A stretch of DNA of 58,353 nt from an uncultured Desulfatibacillum sp. (GCA_964562235.1 CAZLSV010000012.1:9263-67615); one strand, 5' to 3'. Shown: positions 43,544-53,177, counted from the first letter of the stretch. Numbers and translations are program-made. Notes: generated from the sequence alone by a model not told the origin.

Positions 43544-43816
43544 GGTTGGCGGTGAATATCAACATGGCTGTTCCCGTGGCCGCACCTCGTTGTATCCGAA
43601 TACATGAACAGGGTCAATTTTCCCACTCAAGGGTCAAGGCGCAAGCGACCCACCTGAAGGTGGTATTCACCTCCCCTGTGACCTTCGGAGAATTACGGTC
43701 ACCTTTGTCCCCGGATCCGGCGCCCCGTTTGCGATCGTCAGCAAGGTGATCCTGGATAGACGCACTGATGATATCTCCTTTTGGAATATTATTGAGGCCC
43801 ATCAAAGGGCCTTCTT

Positions 43817-44728
43817 TCAATCGTGGCTGTGGCCTTGCTTCCCGAGCTTCATTTTCAGGAATTCGACGCAGACTCGAATTTTGGCCGATTCGGTCAACTT
43901 CAACGGGTAGACGGCACAAATATCTGCCTGTTGGTGATATCCTGGAAGAACTCTTACCAGACGCCCTCCTTTCAGATCCGATCCCACGTCCCACAACGAA
44001 CGCAATATAATCCCATGCCCATCCATAGCCCATTGGCGGATGATTTCACCATTGTTGCTCGAAAGCGATCCTGCTATTTTTATGGTTTCTATTCCCTTTG
44101 GTCCTTGCAGCTTCCAAACACCGAAGCTTTGATCGCGTTCGCGCATAAACAGGCAGTTGTGTTTCCCGAGATCGGAGGGCCGCAGGGGCATCCCCTTGAG
44201 CTTCACATAACTTGGCGCGGCACACAAAACGCGTGTGTTGGAGGCAATCTTTTGAACGATCAGGTTTGGCTCGGAAGTGCCGCCGACCCGGATATCGATG
44301 TCAAATCCCTCACCGATAAGGTCAACGGGCCGGTCCAGCAGTTCAAGTTGAATACGCAGTGCCGGGTAGCGCTGTGCGATTTCGGAGAGTGCCGGCGCGA
44401 CCCTTTTGCGTCCGAATCCGGCACTTGTGCTTATCCTCAATTGACCTCGCGGCGTCGTCTTGGACATGGTGACCGACTCGGTCATCTGCTCCACATCTTC
44501 AATAATCTGTTGCGCCCAGCGGCAGATCGTTTCTCCATAATCGGTCATGCTTACACGTCGAGTGGTCCGATGCAGCAGACGAACATTCAGAACATCCTCC
44601 AGCATACCGATTCTCTTGCTTACATAGGCCGGCGATGTTCCCAACTCCTTAGCGGAGGCGATAAAGCTCATGTTTCGGGCCACAACACAAAACAGGCGCA
44701 AGTCCTCCAGCAGGGGCATATTGTTCAC
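43817..44728 (-). CDS. LysR-family transcriptional regulator
   Basis: LEDLRLFCVVARNMSFIASAKELGTSPAYVSKRIGMLEDVLNVRLLHRTTRRVSMTDYG. It is divergent from the dehydrogenase gene. Confidence 0.9.
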   Translation of the reverse strand: MNNMPLLEDLRLFCVVARNMSFIASAKELGTSPAYVSKRIGMLEDVLNVRLLHRTTRRVSMTDYGETICRWAQQIIEDVEQMTESVTMSKTTPRGQLRISTSAGFGRKRVAPALSEIAQRYPALRIQLELLDRPVDLIGEGFDIDIRVGGTSEPNLIVQKIASNTRVLCAAPSYVKLKGMPLRPSDLGKHNCLFMRERDQSFGVWKLQGPKGIETIKIAGSLSSNNGEIIRQWAMDGHGIILRSLWDVGSDLKGGRLVRVLPGYHQQADICAVYPLKLTESAKIRVCVEFLKMKLGKQGHSHD

Positions 44729-44739
44729 GATCTGTGTCC

Positions 44740-44753
44740 TTTGTGCTCACAAA
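44740..44753. promoter_or_regulatory. Putative LysR-type T-N11-A operator
   Basis: TTTGTGCTCACAAA (inverted arms TTTGTG/CACAAA) in the 97-nt divergent intergenic region. Confidence 0.4.
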
Positions 44754-44825
44754 TTAGCCGTTTATTTACAAAACAGATACTGCTATTTTCCAAACAGGTC
44801 AACAATGCATTCAAGGAGGAACATC

Positions 44826-45893
44826 ATGAAGACGTATCGAATCGCCACAATTCCCGGTGACGGTATCGGGAAGGAAGTCATTCCCGCCGGAGCAGAGGCA
44901 CTTGAGGCATTGGCATCTGCAAGCGGGACGCTCCAATTCGAGTTTGAAAACTTTGATTGGGGCGGGGACTATTATCGCAAGCACAGCGAAATGATGCCGG
45001 CCGACGGCCTGGATGCCTTGCGGAACAAGGATGCCATACTCTTTGGCTCTGCGGGTGACCCTGACATTCCCGACCACATTACGCTGTGGGGACTTCGCCT
45101 GAAAATTTGCCAGGGATTTGATCAGTACGCGAATGTGCGGCCGACGCGCATTCTCCCCGGCATCGATGCTCCACTCAAGCGCTGCCGGCCCGAGGATCTG
45201 AACTGGGTCATTGTCAGAGAAAATTCGGAGGGGGAATATTCGGGCGTTGGAGGGCGTGCCCATCAGGGTCACCCGATTGAAGTCGCCACCGATTTGTCTA
45301 TCATGACCCGTGTCGGCATTGAACGCATCATGCGCTTCGCTTTCAAGCTCGCCCGATCTCGTCCCCGCAAATTGCTGACCGTTATCACAAAAAGCAACGC
45401 CCAGCGCCATGCGATGGTGTTGTGGGACCAGGTAGCAAAAGAAGTATCCGTCGATTACCCCGATGTCACCTGGGGGAAGGAACTGGTTGACGCAGCCACC
45501 GTTCGGATGGTTCACCGGCCATCTTCGCTGGACACCATCGTCGCAACAAACTTACATGCCGATATTTTGAGCGATCTTGCCGCTGCGCTTGCCGGCAGCA
45601 TGGGGATTGCTCCAACGGGCAACATTGACCCTGAACGGCGTTACCCTTCCATGTTCGAGCCGATCCATGGATCCGCCTTCGACATCATGGGGAAGAAACT
45701 GGCAAACCCGGTGGGAACGTTTTGGTCGTGCGTGATGATGCTGGAGCATCTTGGCGAGCCTGACGCTGCCAACCGCATGATGCGGGCCATTGAAAAAGTA
45801 ACCGCAACGCCCGAATTGCACACCCGGGATCTCGGCGGGAAGGCCAACACGGATGATGTAACCAAAGCCGTCTGTGATTTTCTGGCTCGTTAA
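44826..45893 (+). CDS. Tartrate dehydrogenase/decarboxylase or D-malate dehydrogenase (isocitrate/isopropylmalate dehydrogenase family)
   Basis: MKTYRIATIPGDGIGKEVIPAG ... FENFDWGGDYY ... LFGSAGDPDIPDHITLWGLRLKICQGFDQYANVRP. ATG 44826 follows AAGGAGGA. Confidence 0.85.
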   Translation: MKTYRIATIPGDGIGKEVIPAGAEALEALASASGTLQFEFENFDWGGDYYRKHSEMMPADGLDALRNKDAILFGSAGDPDIPDHITLWGLRLKICQGFDQYANVRPTRILPGIDAPLKRCRPEDLNWVIVRENSEGEYSGVGGRAHQGHPIEVATDLSIMTRVGIERIMRFAFKLARSRPRKLLTVITKSNAQRHAMVLWDQVAKEVSVDYPDVTWGKELVDAATVRMVHRPSSLDTIVATNLHADILSDLAAALAGSMGIAPTGNIDPERRYPSMFEPIHGSAFDIMGKKLANPVGTFWSCVMMLEHLGEPDAANRMMRAIEKVTATPELHTRDLGGKANTDDVTKAVCDFLAR

Positions 45894-45914
45894 AGCAACA
45901 ACAAAGCATAGAGC

Positions 45915-45940
45915 CGACCTGGAAATCATGTTCCAGGTCG
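45915..45940. terminator. Hairpin terminator between convergent genes
   Basis: CGACCTGGAA-ATCATG-TTCCAGGTCG followed by ACTTTGTC. It lies between the stops at 45893 (+) and 45988 (-). Confidence 0.5.
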
Positions 45941-45987
45941 ACTTTGTCATCTCTATCGAACACGACCAGATCCAGTTGATCCATACC

Positions 45988-46842
45988 TCACTCCATCGGG
46001 TTTTCGATTTCGGTCAGCACCTGGAACTTCCGGGCCGCCGTGCGGTGGCGGAACAAAGCGGTGTGCGGCAGTTTTTCAACCGAGCGGGAACTGTCGTCCG
46101 GGTGGGTTTGTGGATCGAAAATTCTGAGGAAGTAGGGCTGCCGGTGGCTGCCGGTGGACTCCTTCAGCCAGCGGGCCGTCTCGGCGATCTCCTCCGGGGT
46201 CAGGTAGCCGATGCTCGCACGGCCTCCTTCGGCCCGCGGGACAGGCGCAACCATGGTCTCGAATCGGTACTCGGGAAACCGGGAGACCAGGGCCAAGCTC
46301 CGGCCCACCTCCGCCGGGTCGATTTCCGGGCCGGTAATCACGCCGTAAAGCGAGGCCGGCCCCTTGATCTCCATGACCGCCCGGTCGCCGAGGCCCAGTT
46401 CCAGCAGGCGCTCCAAGATCGCCGGGTTCCGGCCGTCGGTGTCCAGCTGCAGCTTCAGGCCGTTTTGCTTCAAAAAGCCGAGCACCTCGGAGAGCTCGCT
46501 TGCGGCCGCCGGGCCGCCGGCCGACACATGGATCCCGCCGACCCAGCCCTTGGAAAACGCGCCGGGTCCGATGAACCCGTCAAGACGCGTGCCCGCGTGC
46601 AGATAGGCGATGACCGGGGCCATGCCCTGACGGATCGCATCCCTGTCCGCCAGCACGGGAAACTCGACGCCCTCTCGGCCCCGGACGACGGCGTGGCGGT
46701 GGGTCCGGTAGAATTGCCCGAAGCGCTCTTTGCCCTCCCCCACGGCGTCGTGCTCTTCGAAGGCGATATTCTTCTCGCGCATGAATTTCTTCGCTATGTT
46801 GCACCGCACGCAGCCGGTGGCGGTGAACAACGTGAGGCCCAT
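45988..46842 (-). CDS. Glutaredoxin-like (CxxC) domain fused to a radical-SAM-activase-like barrel that lacks the CX3CX2C cluster motif
   Basis: 284 aa. MGLTLFTATGCVRCNIAKKFMREKNIAFEEHD (Grx/NrdH-like), then GGIHVSAGGP ... LKQNGLKLQLDTDGRNP (activase-like). There are no further Cys residues. It is the only credible part of the 1028-aa track ORF 45988..49074. Confidence 0.6.
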   Translation of the reverse strand: MGLTLFTATGCVRCNIAKKFMREKNIAFEEHDAVGEGKERFGQFYRTHRHAVVRGREGVEFPVLADRDAIRQGMAPVIAYLHAGTRLDGFIGPGAFSKGWVGGIHVSAGGPAAASELSEVLGFLKQNGLKLQLDTDGRNPAILERLLELGLGDRAVMEIKGPASLYGVITGPEIDPAEVGRSLALVSRFPEYRFETMVAPVPRAEGGRASIGYLTPEEIAETARWLKESTGSHRQPYFLRIFDPQTHPDDSSRSVEKLPHTALFRHRTAARKFQVLTEIENPME

Positions 46843-46871
46843 CCGATCATCTCCTCGACGGTTGAAATTCT

Positions 46872-48335
46872 TCAGGCCTGCTCTTCGGTCTTGCCGCCTA
46901 CGTCGGTGCGCACGCACAGGGCGGCATCGGGCCGGTAGGGGAGCACGCCGGGGACGTCGACGATCCGGCGCGCGCCGCCCGGGGAAGCGCCCGGCACCCG
47001 GAAGCGGCTCACGTCGATGCGCTCGATCGCCCGCTCCTGCGGCTTCTCGACCTGCGGCACCCATTCGTAGGGCAGCCGGTAGGCGCGGTAGATCATGTTG
47101 ATCTTGAGCATCTTGCCCCAGTAGGGGCTGATGTACTCCCAGACGATCTCGTGGCCGGCCGTGACCTCGATGATGCGCCCGCCCGAGCCCTCGGTGATCA
47201 GGGTGTTGCCGTTGGGCAGGCGCTGGGCCGAGCTGATGAAGGGGCTGTAGAAGCGGTTCGCGTCCACGGGGAACGGCAGCCCGGCCTCGACCGGGGTGTA
47301 CTGCCAGACCACTTTGAGCGAAACCGGATCGATCTCGAGCACCCGCGAGTAGTCCCGCAGGGCGTTGCGGAAACCCGTGGGCGAGCCGGGGTTCGGCGAG
47401 CCGTAGCCCGCCCAGCCGCCGTTGTCGAAAATCAGGAGGTTGCCCGCGCCGGGAAGCCCGCGGGGGATCATGTGGGCGTGGTGCTGGCCGATGATCCAAC
47501 CCAGCTGCCGCAGCTCGGCCGTTTCGTCGTAGTTGGGCCCGAGCCGCCAGACGATCCGGCCGGTCTTTTTGTCCACAATGGCCGTGATGTTGGATTCGCG
47601 GGCGCACCAGATGACGTTGTCGGGGTGAAAGCGGCCGTCCCCGGCGTCGAACCAGCGGTTGGGCCCCAGGAGCGACATGGAGTTGATGTGCATCCAGTCG
47701 CCGATGCCGCCCCCCGATTTGAGCCAGTTGGGGTTGCGGAACAGGAGGTTTCGGGCGTCCTCCCGGAAGCCCAGTTCCTCGAAGTGCTCGCTGCACACCC
47801 ACTCCCAGATGAGGTCCCCCTCCCAGGTGACCTCGATGATGGTGTCGTCCAAAAGCGGCTTGTCGCAGATGGCGGGGTTGGTGAGGTTCTTGTGGGAGAG
47901 GATCATGGTGTTGCCCCGATCCGTCAGGGGCTCGAGACCCGGGGCGTAGTAGCCGGCCGGGTTGCCTTCCCGCTGATAGTCGTGGTGCTGGCGGGCCATC
48001 CACTGCGGCGCCTCGCCCGGGTCCTCGATGAACTCGTACTGGTTGAAGCGCCACACGACGTTGCCGTCCCAGTCCACCTGGATGAGGTCGATCCCGTCCT
48101 GGCTGCCGAAGGCCGTACTGCGCTCCCCGGTGCTGCCGATGAGGTGGCCGCCCGGCAGAATGCGGTTGGGCATGCCGTGCAGCTCCCTCCACAGCTGGAC
48201 CTCGCCGCCGTTCATGTCGATCAGCAGGGCCCCGACCTCCTTGGCCTGAAAAACCGTGTAGCCGCTCCAGCAGCGCGCCGGATCGTAAATCGTGACCCCG
48301 GTGGGATGGACACTGGGATAGGTCATCTGGAACAC
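46872..48335 (-). CDS. Arylsulfotransferase (ASST)-family beta-propeller protein
   Basis: 487 aa with an ASST-like pattern (HHAHMIPRGLPGAGNLLIFDNGG, RLPNGNTLITEG). The family call is from memory of motif style only. Confidence 0.5.
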   Translation of the reverse strand: MFQMTYPSVHPTGVTIYDPARCWSGYTVFQAKEVGALLIDMNGGEVQLWRELHGMPNRILPGGHLIGSTGERSTAFGSQDGIDLIQVDWDGNVVWRFNQYEFIEDPGEAPQWMARQHHDYQREGNPAGYYAPGLEPLTDRGNTMILSHKNLTNPAICDKPLLDDTIIEVTWEGDLIWEWVCSEHFEELGFREDARNLLFRNPNWLKSGGGIGDWMHINSMSLLGPNRWFDAGDGRFHPDNVIWCARESNITAIVDKKTGRIVWRLGPNYDETAELRQLGWIIGQHHAHMIPRGLPGAGNLLIFDNGGWAGYGSPNPGSPTGFRNALRDYSRVLEIDPVSLKVVWQYTPVEAGLPFPVDANRFYSPFISSAQRLPNGNTLITEGSGGRIIEVTAGHEIVWEYISPYWGKMLKINMIYRAYRLPYEWVPQVEKPQERAIERIDVSRFRVPGASPGGARRIVDVPGVLPYRPDAALCVRTDVGGKTEEQA

Positions 48336-48347
48336 CTCCTGTCGCTG

Positions 48348-49847
48348 TTATTCTTTGAACGCCTTCTCCCGGCCGCGGCGGATGCCCGGCAGGGCCACCA
48401 CGATCAGCATGGCCGCCGCCAGGATCAGGAAGGCGAGCGAGAGCGGTCGGGTGAAAAAAACCGATGGGTCCCCGCGCGAGAGCAGCATGGCCCTTCGCAG
48501 GTTCTCCTCCATCATGGGCCCCAGGACAAAGCCTAAAATCAGGGGCGCCGGTTCGCATTCCAGCTTGTGAAACACATAGCCCAGAAGCCCGCACATGGCC
48601 GTCAGGCCGATGTCGAAGGTGTTGTTGTTCACGCTGTAAAGACCGATGCAGCAGAACAGGAGGATCGCGGGATAGAGCAGGCGATAGGGCACCGAGAGCA
48701 GCCGCACCCAGACCCCCACCAGCGGCAGGTTCAGCAGCACCAGGATCACGTTGCCCACCCACATCGAAACGATAACGCCCCAGAAAAGATCCGGGTTGCT
48801 GCTGATGACCCGGGGGCCCGGCTGGATCCCGTGGATCATCATGGCGCCGGCCATCATCGCCAGCACCACATTGGGGGGGATGCCGAGGGTGAGCAGCGGC
48901 ACGAAGGAGGTCTGGGCCGCGGCGTTGTTGGCGGATTCCGGGGCGGCCACGCCACGGATATCCCCCTTGCCGAAGCCTTCGGGGTCGCGCGCGCTCTTCT
49001 TCTCGATCATGTAGGCGGTGAAGGAGGAGATGATAGCGCCGCCGCCCGGCAGGATCCCCAGCAGCGACCCGCACAGGGTCCCGCGCAGTATCGCCGGCAA
49101 CGCGGCTTTGAGCTCCTCTTTTTTCAGCCAGAACCCGGTGAGCTTGCTTTTCAGGATGTCGCGCTTTTCGCGCTTTTCAAGGCTGTTGATGATGTCGCAG
49201 ATGCCGAAGAGCCCCATGGCGAGAGAGACAAACCCCACGCCGTCCGCCAGTTCGGGGACGCCGAAGGTGAAGCGGTGCACGCCGCTGGTGACATCGGTGC
49301 CGATCATCCCCGCCAGAAGCCCCAGCACAATCATGCCCACCGCCTTGAGCATCGACCCGGAGGCCAGCACCACCGAGCCGATCAGGCCGAAGACCATGAG
49401 CGAAAAGTATTCCGCCGCCCCGAACTTGAACGCCAGCTCGGAGAGCGGCACGGCCATGACGACCAGGACCAGTGTGGCAAACGTGCCGGCCACGAAAGAG
49501 CCCAGGGCCGAGATGGTCAGCGCCGCACCCGCCCGCCCCTGGCGCGCCATTTGATGCCCATCGATGCAGGTCACCACCGAGGAGGCCTCGCCCGGCACGT
49601 TGAGCAGGATGGAAGTCGTCGATCCGCCGTACTGGGCGCCGTAATAGATGCCCCCCAACATGATCAAGGCCGACACCGGCGGCAGGGCAAACGTGGTGGG
49701 CAGGAGAATGGCGATGGTCTGAACCGGCCCGATGCCCGGCAGGACCCCGATGAGGGTGCCGATCAGCGCGCCGACCAGGCAGTAGAAAAGGTTCATCGGA
49801 GAGACGGCCGTCTGAAAGCCGAGGGCCAGGTTGGCGAGCAGGTCCAT
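48348..49847 (-). CDS. tctA: Tripartite tricarboxylate transporter, large permease
   Basis: MDLLANLALGFQTAVSPMNLFYCLVGALIGTLIGVLPGIGP. About 12 TM segments over 499 aa. Confidence 0.9.
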   Translation of the reverse strand: MDLLANLALGFQTAVSPMNLFYCLVGALIGTLIGVLPGIGPVQTIAILLPTTFALPPVSALIMLGGIYYGAQYGGSTTSILLNVPGEASSVVTCIDGHQMARQGRAGAALTISALGSFVAGTFATLVLVVMAVPLSELAFKFGAAEYFSLMVFGLIGSVVLASGSMLKAVGMIVLGLLAGMIGTDVTSGVHRFTFGVPELADGVGFVSLAMGLFGICDIINSLEKREKRDILKSKLTGFWLKKEELKAALPAILRGTLCGSLLGILPGGGAIISSFTAYMIEKKSARDPEGFGKGDIRGVAAPESANNAAAQTSFVPLLTLGIPPNVVLAMMAGAMMIHGIQPGPRVISSNPDLFWGVIVSMWVGNVILVLLNLPLVGVWVRLLSVPYRLLYPAILLFCCIGLYSVNNNTFDIGLTAMCGLLGYVFHKLECEPAPLILGFVLGPMMEENLRRAMLLSRGDPSVFFTRPLSLAFLILAAAMLIVVALPGIRRGREKAFKE

Positions 49848-49922
49848 GATACTTCCTCAGCGTCGGATTTTATTGAGGCTCCGATCAAGAGCACGGGACG
49901 GCCCGCTGAAATCGCAGCAGGC

Positions 49923-49996
49923 TTGAAGCTGGAAGCTGGAAGTTGAAAACGAAAAATGGATTCGCATTCTTCAAACTTTCAGCTTTGAGCTTTCAA
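49923..49996. repeat. Imperfect inverted repeat built from heptamer microrepeats in the tctB-tctA spacer
   Basis: TTGAAGCTGGAAGCTGGAAGTTGAA (49923..49947) faces TTCAAACTTTCAGCTTTGAGCTTTCAA (49970..49996). Confidence 0.6.
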
Positions 49997-49998
49997 CT

Positions 49999-50457
49999 TT
50001 ACACTATCCACATCGGCCAGACCGGCAATTGGAATTCGAGAAAGTACACGAACACCACCAGCACGATGGCGACCAGAACGGCGGCGTTCAGCAGGGCCTC
50101 CTTCCAGCGGAACTCATGGCTCGCCTTGCTGGCCAGGACCACCAGGGCAGCGGTCGACACCAGAAGGCCCAACGGCCTCAGGATCTGGCTGAAGAGAACC
50201 ACGGAGACAAGTACGATCGCCAGCGGCTTGAGTTGCAGAACCGGCCAGCCGTGGATTCCCTTGGCATAAAGGACCCCCCTCAGCAGGATCACAGCGCCCA
50301 AGAGGGCCAGAAACACGCCGAGCGCGAACGGGAAATACCCCGGGCCCATCTTCGCGGCCGTGCCGATCTTCAGGCCGAACGACAAAACCACCGCCGCCGC
50401 ACCGAAAAAAACGAACATCACGCCGGTCAGAAAATCCTTGGGATGCCGGATGCGCAT
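49999..50457 (-). CDS. tctB: Tripartite tricarboxylate transporter, small membrane subunit
   Basis: 152 aa with 4 predicted TM segments, positioned between tctC and tctA. Confidence 0.75.
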   Translation of the reverse strand: MRIRHPKDFLTGVMFVFFGAAAVVLSFGLKIGTAAKMGPGYFPFALGVFLALLGAVILLRGVLYAKGIHGWPVLQLKPLAIVLVSVVLFSQILRPLGLLVSTAALVVLASKASHEFRWKEALLNAAVLVAIVLVVFVYFLEFQLPVWPMWIV

Positions 50458-50562
50458 GCATGGCCCCGCAGCACGAATCCCGCCCGACCTCTTGAAAAGT
50501 TCAAGGAGGCCAGGCGGATCGGGTTTAGAAAGAGTCTATCACCGGGCGTTCCGGGCGCCCGT

Positions 50563-51525
50563 CTATTCCGCCTTGAAACCGGAGGCCTTGATAATCGGCA
50601 CCCAGCGCTCGCGGTCCTTCTTCAGGACAGCGGCGCACTCCTCCGGCGTCGTGCCGACGGGGTCGCTGCCCAGCCCCTGGATCTTCTCCGCCACGTCCGA
50701 GGACTTGACCGCCTTGACGATGGCCGCGCTCAGCTTGTCGATGACGGGTTTCGGTGTCTTGGCCGGCACGACGATGGCGTTCCAGCCCACCCCTTCGATC
50801 TCTGGGAAACCCTGCTCCTTGAAGGTGGGGATGTCGGGCCGCTTGCGGGAAGCGCCGGCCGTGGCCAGAATGCGGATCTTGTCCGGGTGGTAGGCGGACT
50901 GGGCGTCGTAGGCGTCGACGCCGATGGGGATCTGGTTGCCGATCAGGGCCGTCACCAGCGGGCCCGACCCGTTGTAGGAAGAGTGCACCATTTCAACCCC
51001 GGCGGCCTTGCCGATCATGAGCCCGAAAAAGTGCGGCAGGCTGCCGGCGGCCGGAGACCCGTAGTTGGCCTGGTTCGGGTTCTTCTTGATCCATTCGATC
51101 AGACCCTTGACGTCCTTGATCGGGGAGTCCGGCGGCACCGAGGCGCAGAACTGGTAGTTCTGGATGAGGGAGACCGGCGCAAAGTCGGCATCCGGGTCGT
51201 AGGCGAGCTTCGAGAAAACCACCGGCGCAACGACAAACAAGGCCGGGTTGACCACCAACATGGTGGTGCCGTCCGCGGGCTGGCCCTTGGCGTACTCCGT
51301 GCCGATGCGGCCGCCGGCGCCGGGCTTGTTCTCCACGATGACCGTCTGGCCCAGGGAATCCTTCAGCTTGTCGGCGATGAGCCGCGCGACCACGTCCGAG
51401 CCGCCGCCGGCCGGGTACGGCACGACGATCTTGATGGGCCCCTTGATCTCCTGGGCCTCCGGCACACCGGTTCCGCAAAGACCGACCATCGCCGCGACAA
51501 GCACCGCTACGCACAGTCTACGCAT
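50563..51525 (-). CDS. tctC: Tripartite tricarboxylate transporter substrate-binding protein (Bug family)
   Basis: Signal peptide MRRLCVAVLVAAMVGLCG, then IKIVVPYPAGGGSDVVARLIADKL. The start is taken at the internal Met (51525). Confidence 0.85.
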   Translation of the reverse strand: MRRLCVAVLVAAMVGLCGTGVPEAQEIKGPIKIVVPYPAGGGSDVVARLIADKLKDSLGQTVIVENKPGAGGRIGTEYAKGQPADGTTMLVVNPALFVVAPVVFSKLAYDPDADFAPVSLIQNYQFCASVPPDSPIKDVKGLIEWIKKNPNQANYGSPAAGSLPHFFGLMIGKAAGVEMVHSSYNGSGPLVTALIGNQIPIGVDAYDAQSAYHPDKIRILATAGASRKRPDIPTFKEQGFPEIEGVGWNAIVVPAKTPKPVIDKLSAAIVKAVKSSDVAEKIQGLGSDPVGTTPEECAAVLKKDRERWVPIIKASGFKAE

Positions 51526-51637
51526 GACGACACCTCCTTTTGATGAGTTTTCTTGACTCTTTATTGGGCTAACGTTATACAAATAATGCTGACCGTGTCA
51601 AGCCTATTAACTTGCAGCCGTCCGTGGGTGAGCCGCC

Positions 51638-52366
51638 ATGGCTTTCATGCCCGTCAAGCAGAACCGCATCGCCGTCGGGATCGTGAACCAACTCAAGGCC
51701 GCGATCCTCTCCGGGCGCTTCCGGCCCGGCGAACGGCTGCCCACGGAGCGGGAGCTGACCGAGCAGTTCAAGGTCAGCCGGGTGGTGGTGCGCGAAGCCG
51801 TGCGGGAGCTCGAGATCAAGGGTCTGGTGAAGATCCTGCAGGGGCCGGCCGGCGGCGCCTATGTGACCGATCTCTCCCCCGATCACCTGAACAGCGCCTT
51901 CCTGGATCTGTTTCTTTACAACAAGGTGTCGGTGGCGGAGCTGATCCAGGCCCGGCTCCTGATCGAGGGCGAAATCGCCCGCGTCGCCGCTGCGCGCATC
52001 TCAGCGGAATCCGCTCGGCGCCTGCAGGCGGCCCTCGACGCCGAACGGGGCGACAGCGCTTCCCATGCCGAATTTGTCTCCAACCGGATGATGTTTCATT
52101 ACCTCCTGGCCGAACTGAGCGGCAATCGCCTGCTGCAGGCCATCGCCAGCGCCCTTTTCCGCCTGACCGGCGACGTGATCCTGGAAGTGAAGCCGGTGCG
52201 GAAAGTCATCCACCGGCCCGAGGAGCACACGGAGATCCTTCGCGCCATTTTGGATCATGATGCCGATGCGGCCGCCCGGGCCATGAAAAGCCACCTGGAG
52301 AACATGGGAAAAAGACTCGCCCGGCTGGAGGGGGTCTATCGCAAAAAGATGGTGCGAAATGGCTGA
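51638..52366 (+). CDS. GntR/FadR-family transcriptional regulator
   Basis: RLPTERELTEQFKVSRVVVREAVRELEIKGLV plus an FCD-like C-terminal domain. It is divergent from tctCBA. Confidence 0.9.
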   Translation: MAFMPVKQNRIAVGIVNQLKAAILSGRFRPGERLPTERELTEQFKVSRVVVREAVRELEIKGLVKILQGPAGGAYVTDLSPDHLNSAFLDLFLYNKVSVAELIQARLLIEGEIARVAAARISAESARRLQAALDAERGDSASHAEFVSNRMMFHYLLAELSGNRLLQAIASALFRLTGDVILEVKPVRKVIHRPEEHTEILRAILDHDADAAARAMKSHLENMGKRLARLEGVYRKKMVRNG

Positions 52367-52451
52367 ATTGCTTCACGCACCGGGTATTGGCATCACCATC
52401 GATGAAATGAAAGTGGCCCGGTTACGGCGCCCCTTTTGATCCGGCAGGCTC

Positions 52452-52889
52452 ATGACGAACCGCTTTTCGCCCGCCCCTGATTTCGACTCCCGCATCCGGG
52501 CCAGCTTCGGCCGGCAGGGCCTGATGAAAACCATCGGGGCCCGGCTGGCAAAGGTCGCCCCGGGGGAAGTCCGGATCGAGATCCCCTTCGGAGAAGGCCT
52601 GACCCAGCAGCATGGGTTTGTCCATGCCGGCATCGTCACCGCCATCGTCGACAACGCCTGCGGTTTTGCCGCCAACACGCTCATGCCGCCGGACTGCGAA
52701 GTGCTCACGGTCGAATACAAGGTCAATTTCCTCTCCCCCGCCACGGGCGAGACCTTCGTCGCGATCGGCAAGGCGGTCAAACCCGGAACCACGCTGACCG
52801 TGTGCACGGGCGAGGTCTGGGCGCACGCCAAGGGCGACCGGAAGCTCATCGCCGTTATGCAGGCGACGATGATGGCGGTGAAACGGTAG
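52452..52889 (+). CDS. PaaI-family hotdog-fold thioesterase
   Basis: LTQQHGFVHAGIVTAIVDNACGFAA. Confidence 0.8.
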   Translation: MTNRFSPAPDFDSRIRASFGRQGLMKTIGARLAKVAPGEVRIEIPFGEGLTQQHGFVHAGIVTAIVDNACGFAANTLMPPDCEVLTVEYKVNFLSPATGETFVAIGKAVKPGTTLTVCTGEVWAHAKGDRKLIAVMQATMMAVKR

Positions 52890-52961
52890 TTTTTCGCTGA
52901 AGCACTCGCCAAAGATGTTGACCTGCGCCTTCGGCCCGTGGTAGAAGCTCCGCGAAAATCA

Positions 52962-53145
52962 GGTGCGATCGGGGTGCTCCCTTGCGGGAGAACCTTAGGG
53001 AAGCCGGTGTGAATCCGGCGCGGACCCGCCGCTGTAAGCGCCGACGAAAGCCGCAGGAGTGCCACTGGAGCGTAAGTGGTGTTGACGAAACGCTCCGGGA
53101 AGGCGCGGCCGGTAGGATGACGCGCAAGCCAGAAAACCTGCCCTT
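52962..53145 (+). promoter_or_regulatory. Cobalamin (B12) riboswitch aptamer
   Basis: Core GGGAAGCCGGTGTGAATCCGGCGCGGACCCGCCGCTGTAA (52998..53037), GCCACTG (53061..53067), CCGGGAAGGC (53095..53104), and the B12 box AAGCCAGAAAACCTGCC (53126..53142). Confidence 0.85.
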
Positions 53146-53177
53146 GATCGCTGGTTGAGCAACTTGGTGGAGACGGT

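Noticed and set aside
45988-49074. 1028-aa minus-strand ORF spanning three genes
   Set aside because: Only the C-terminal 284 aa, starting at ATG 46842 with an SD, look like protein. The upstream part runs out of frame through the ASST and tctA genes and is Arg/Pro/Gly-rich.
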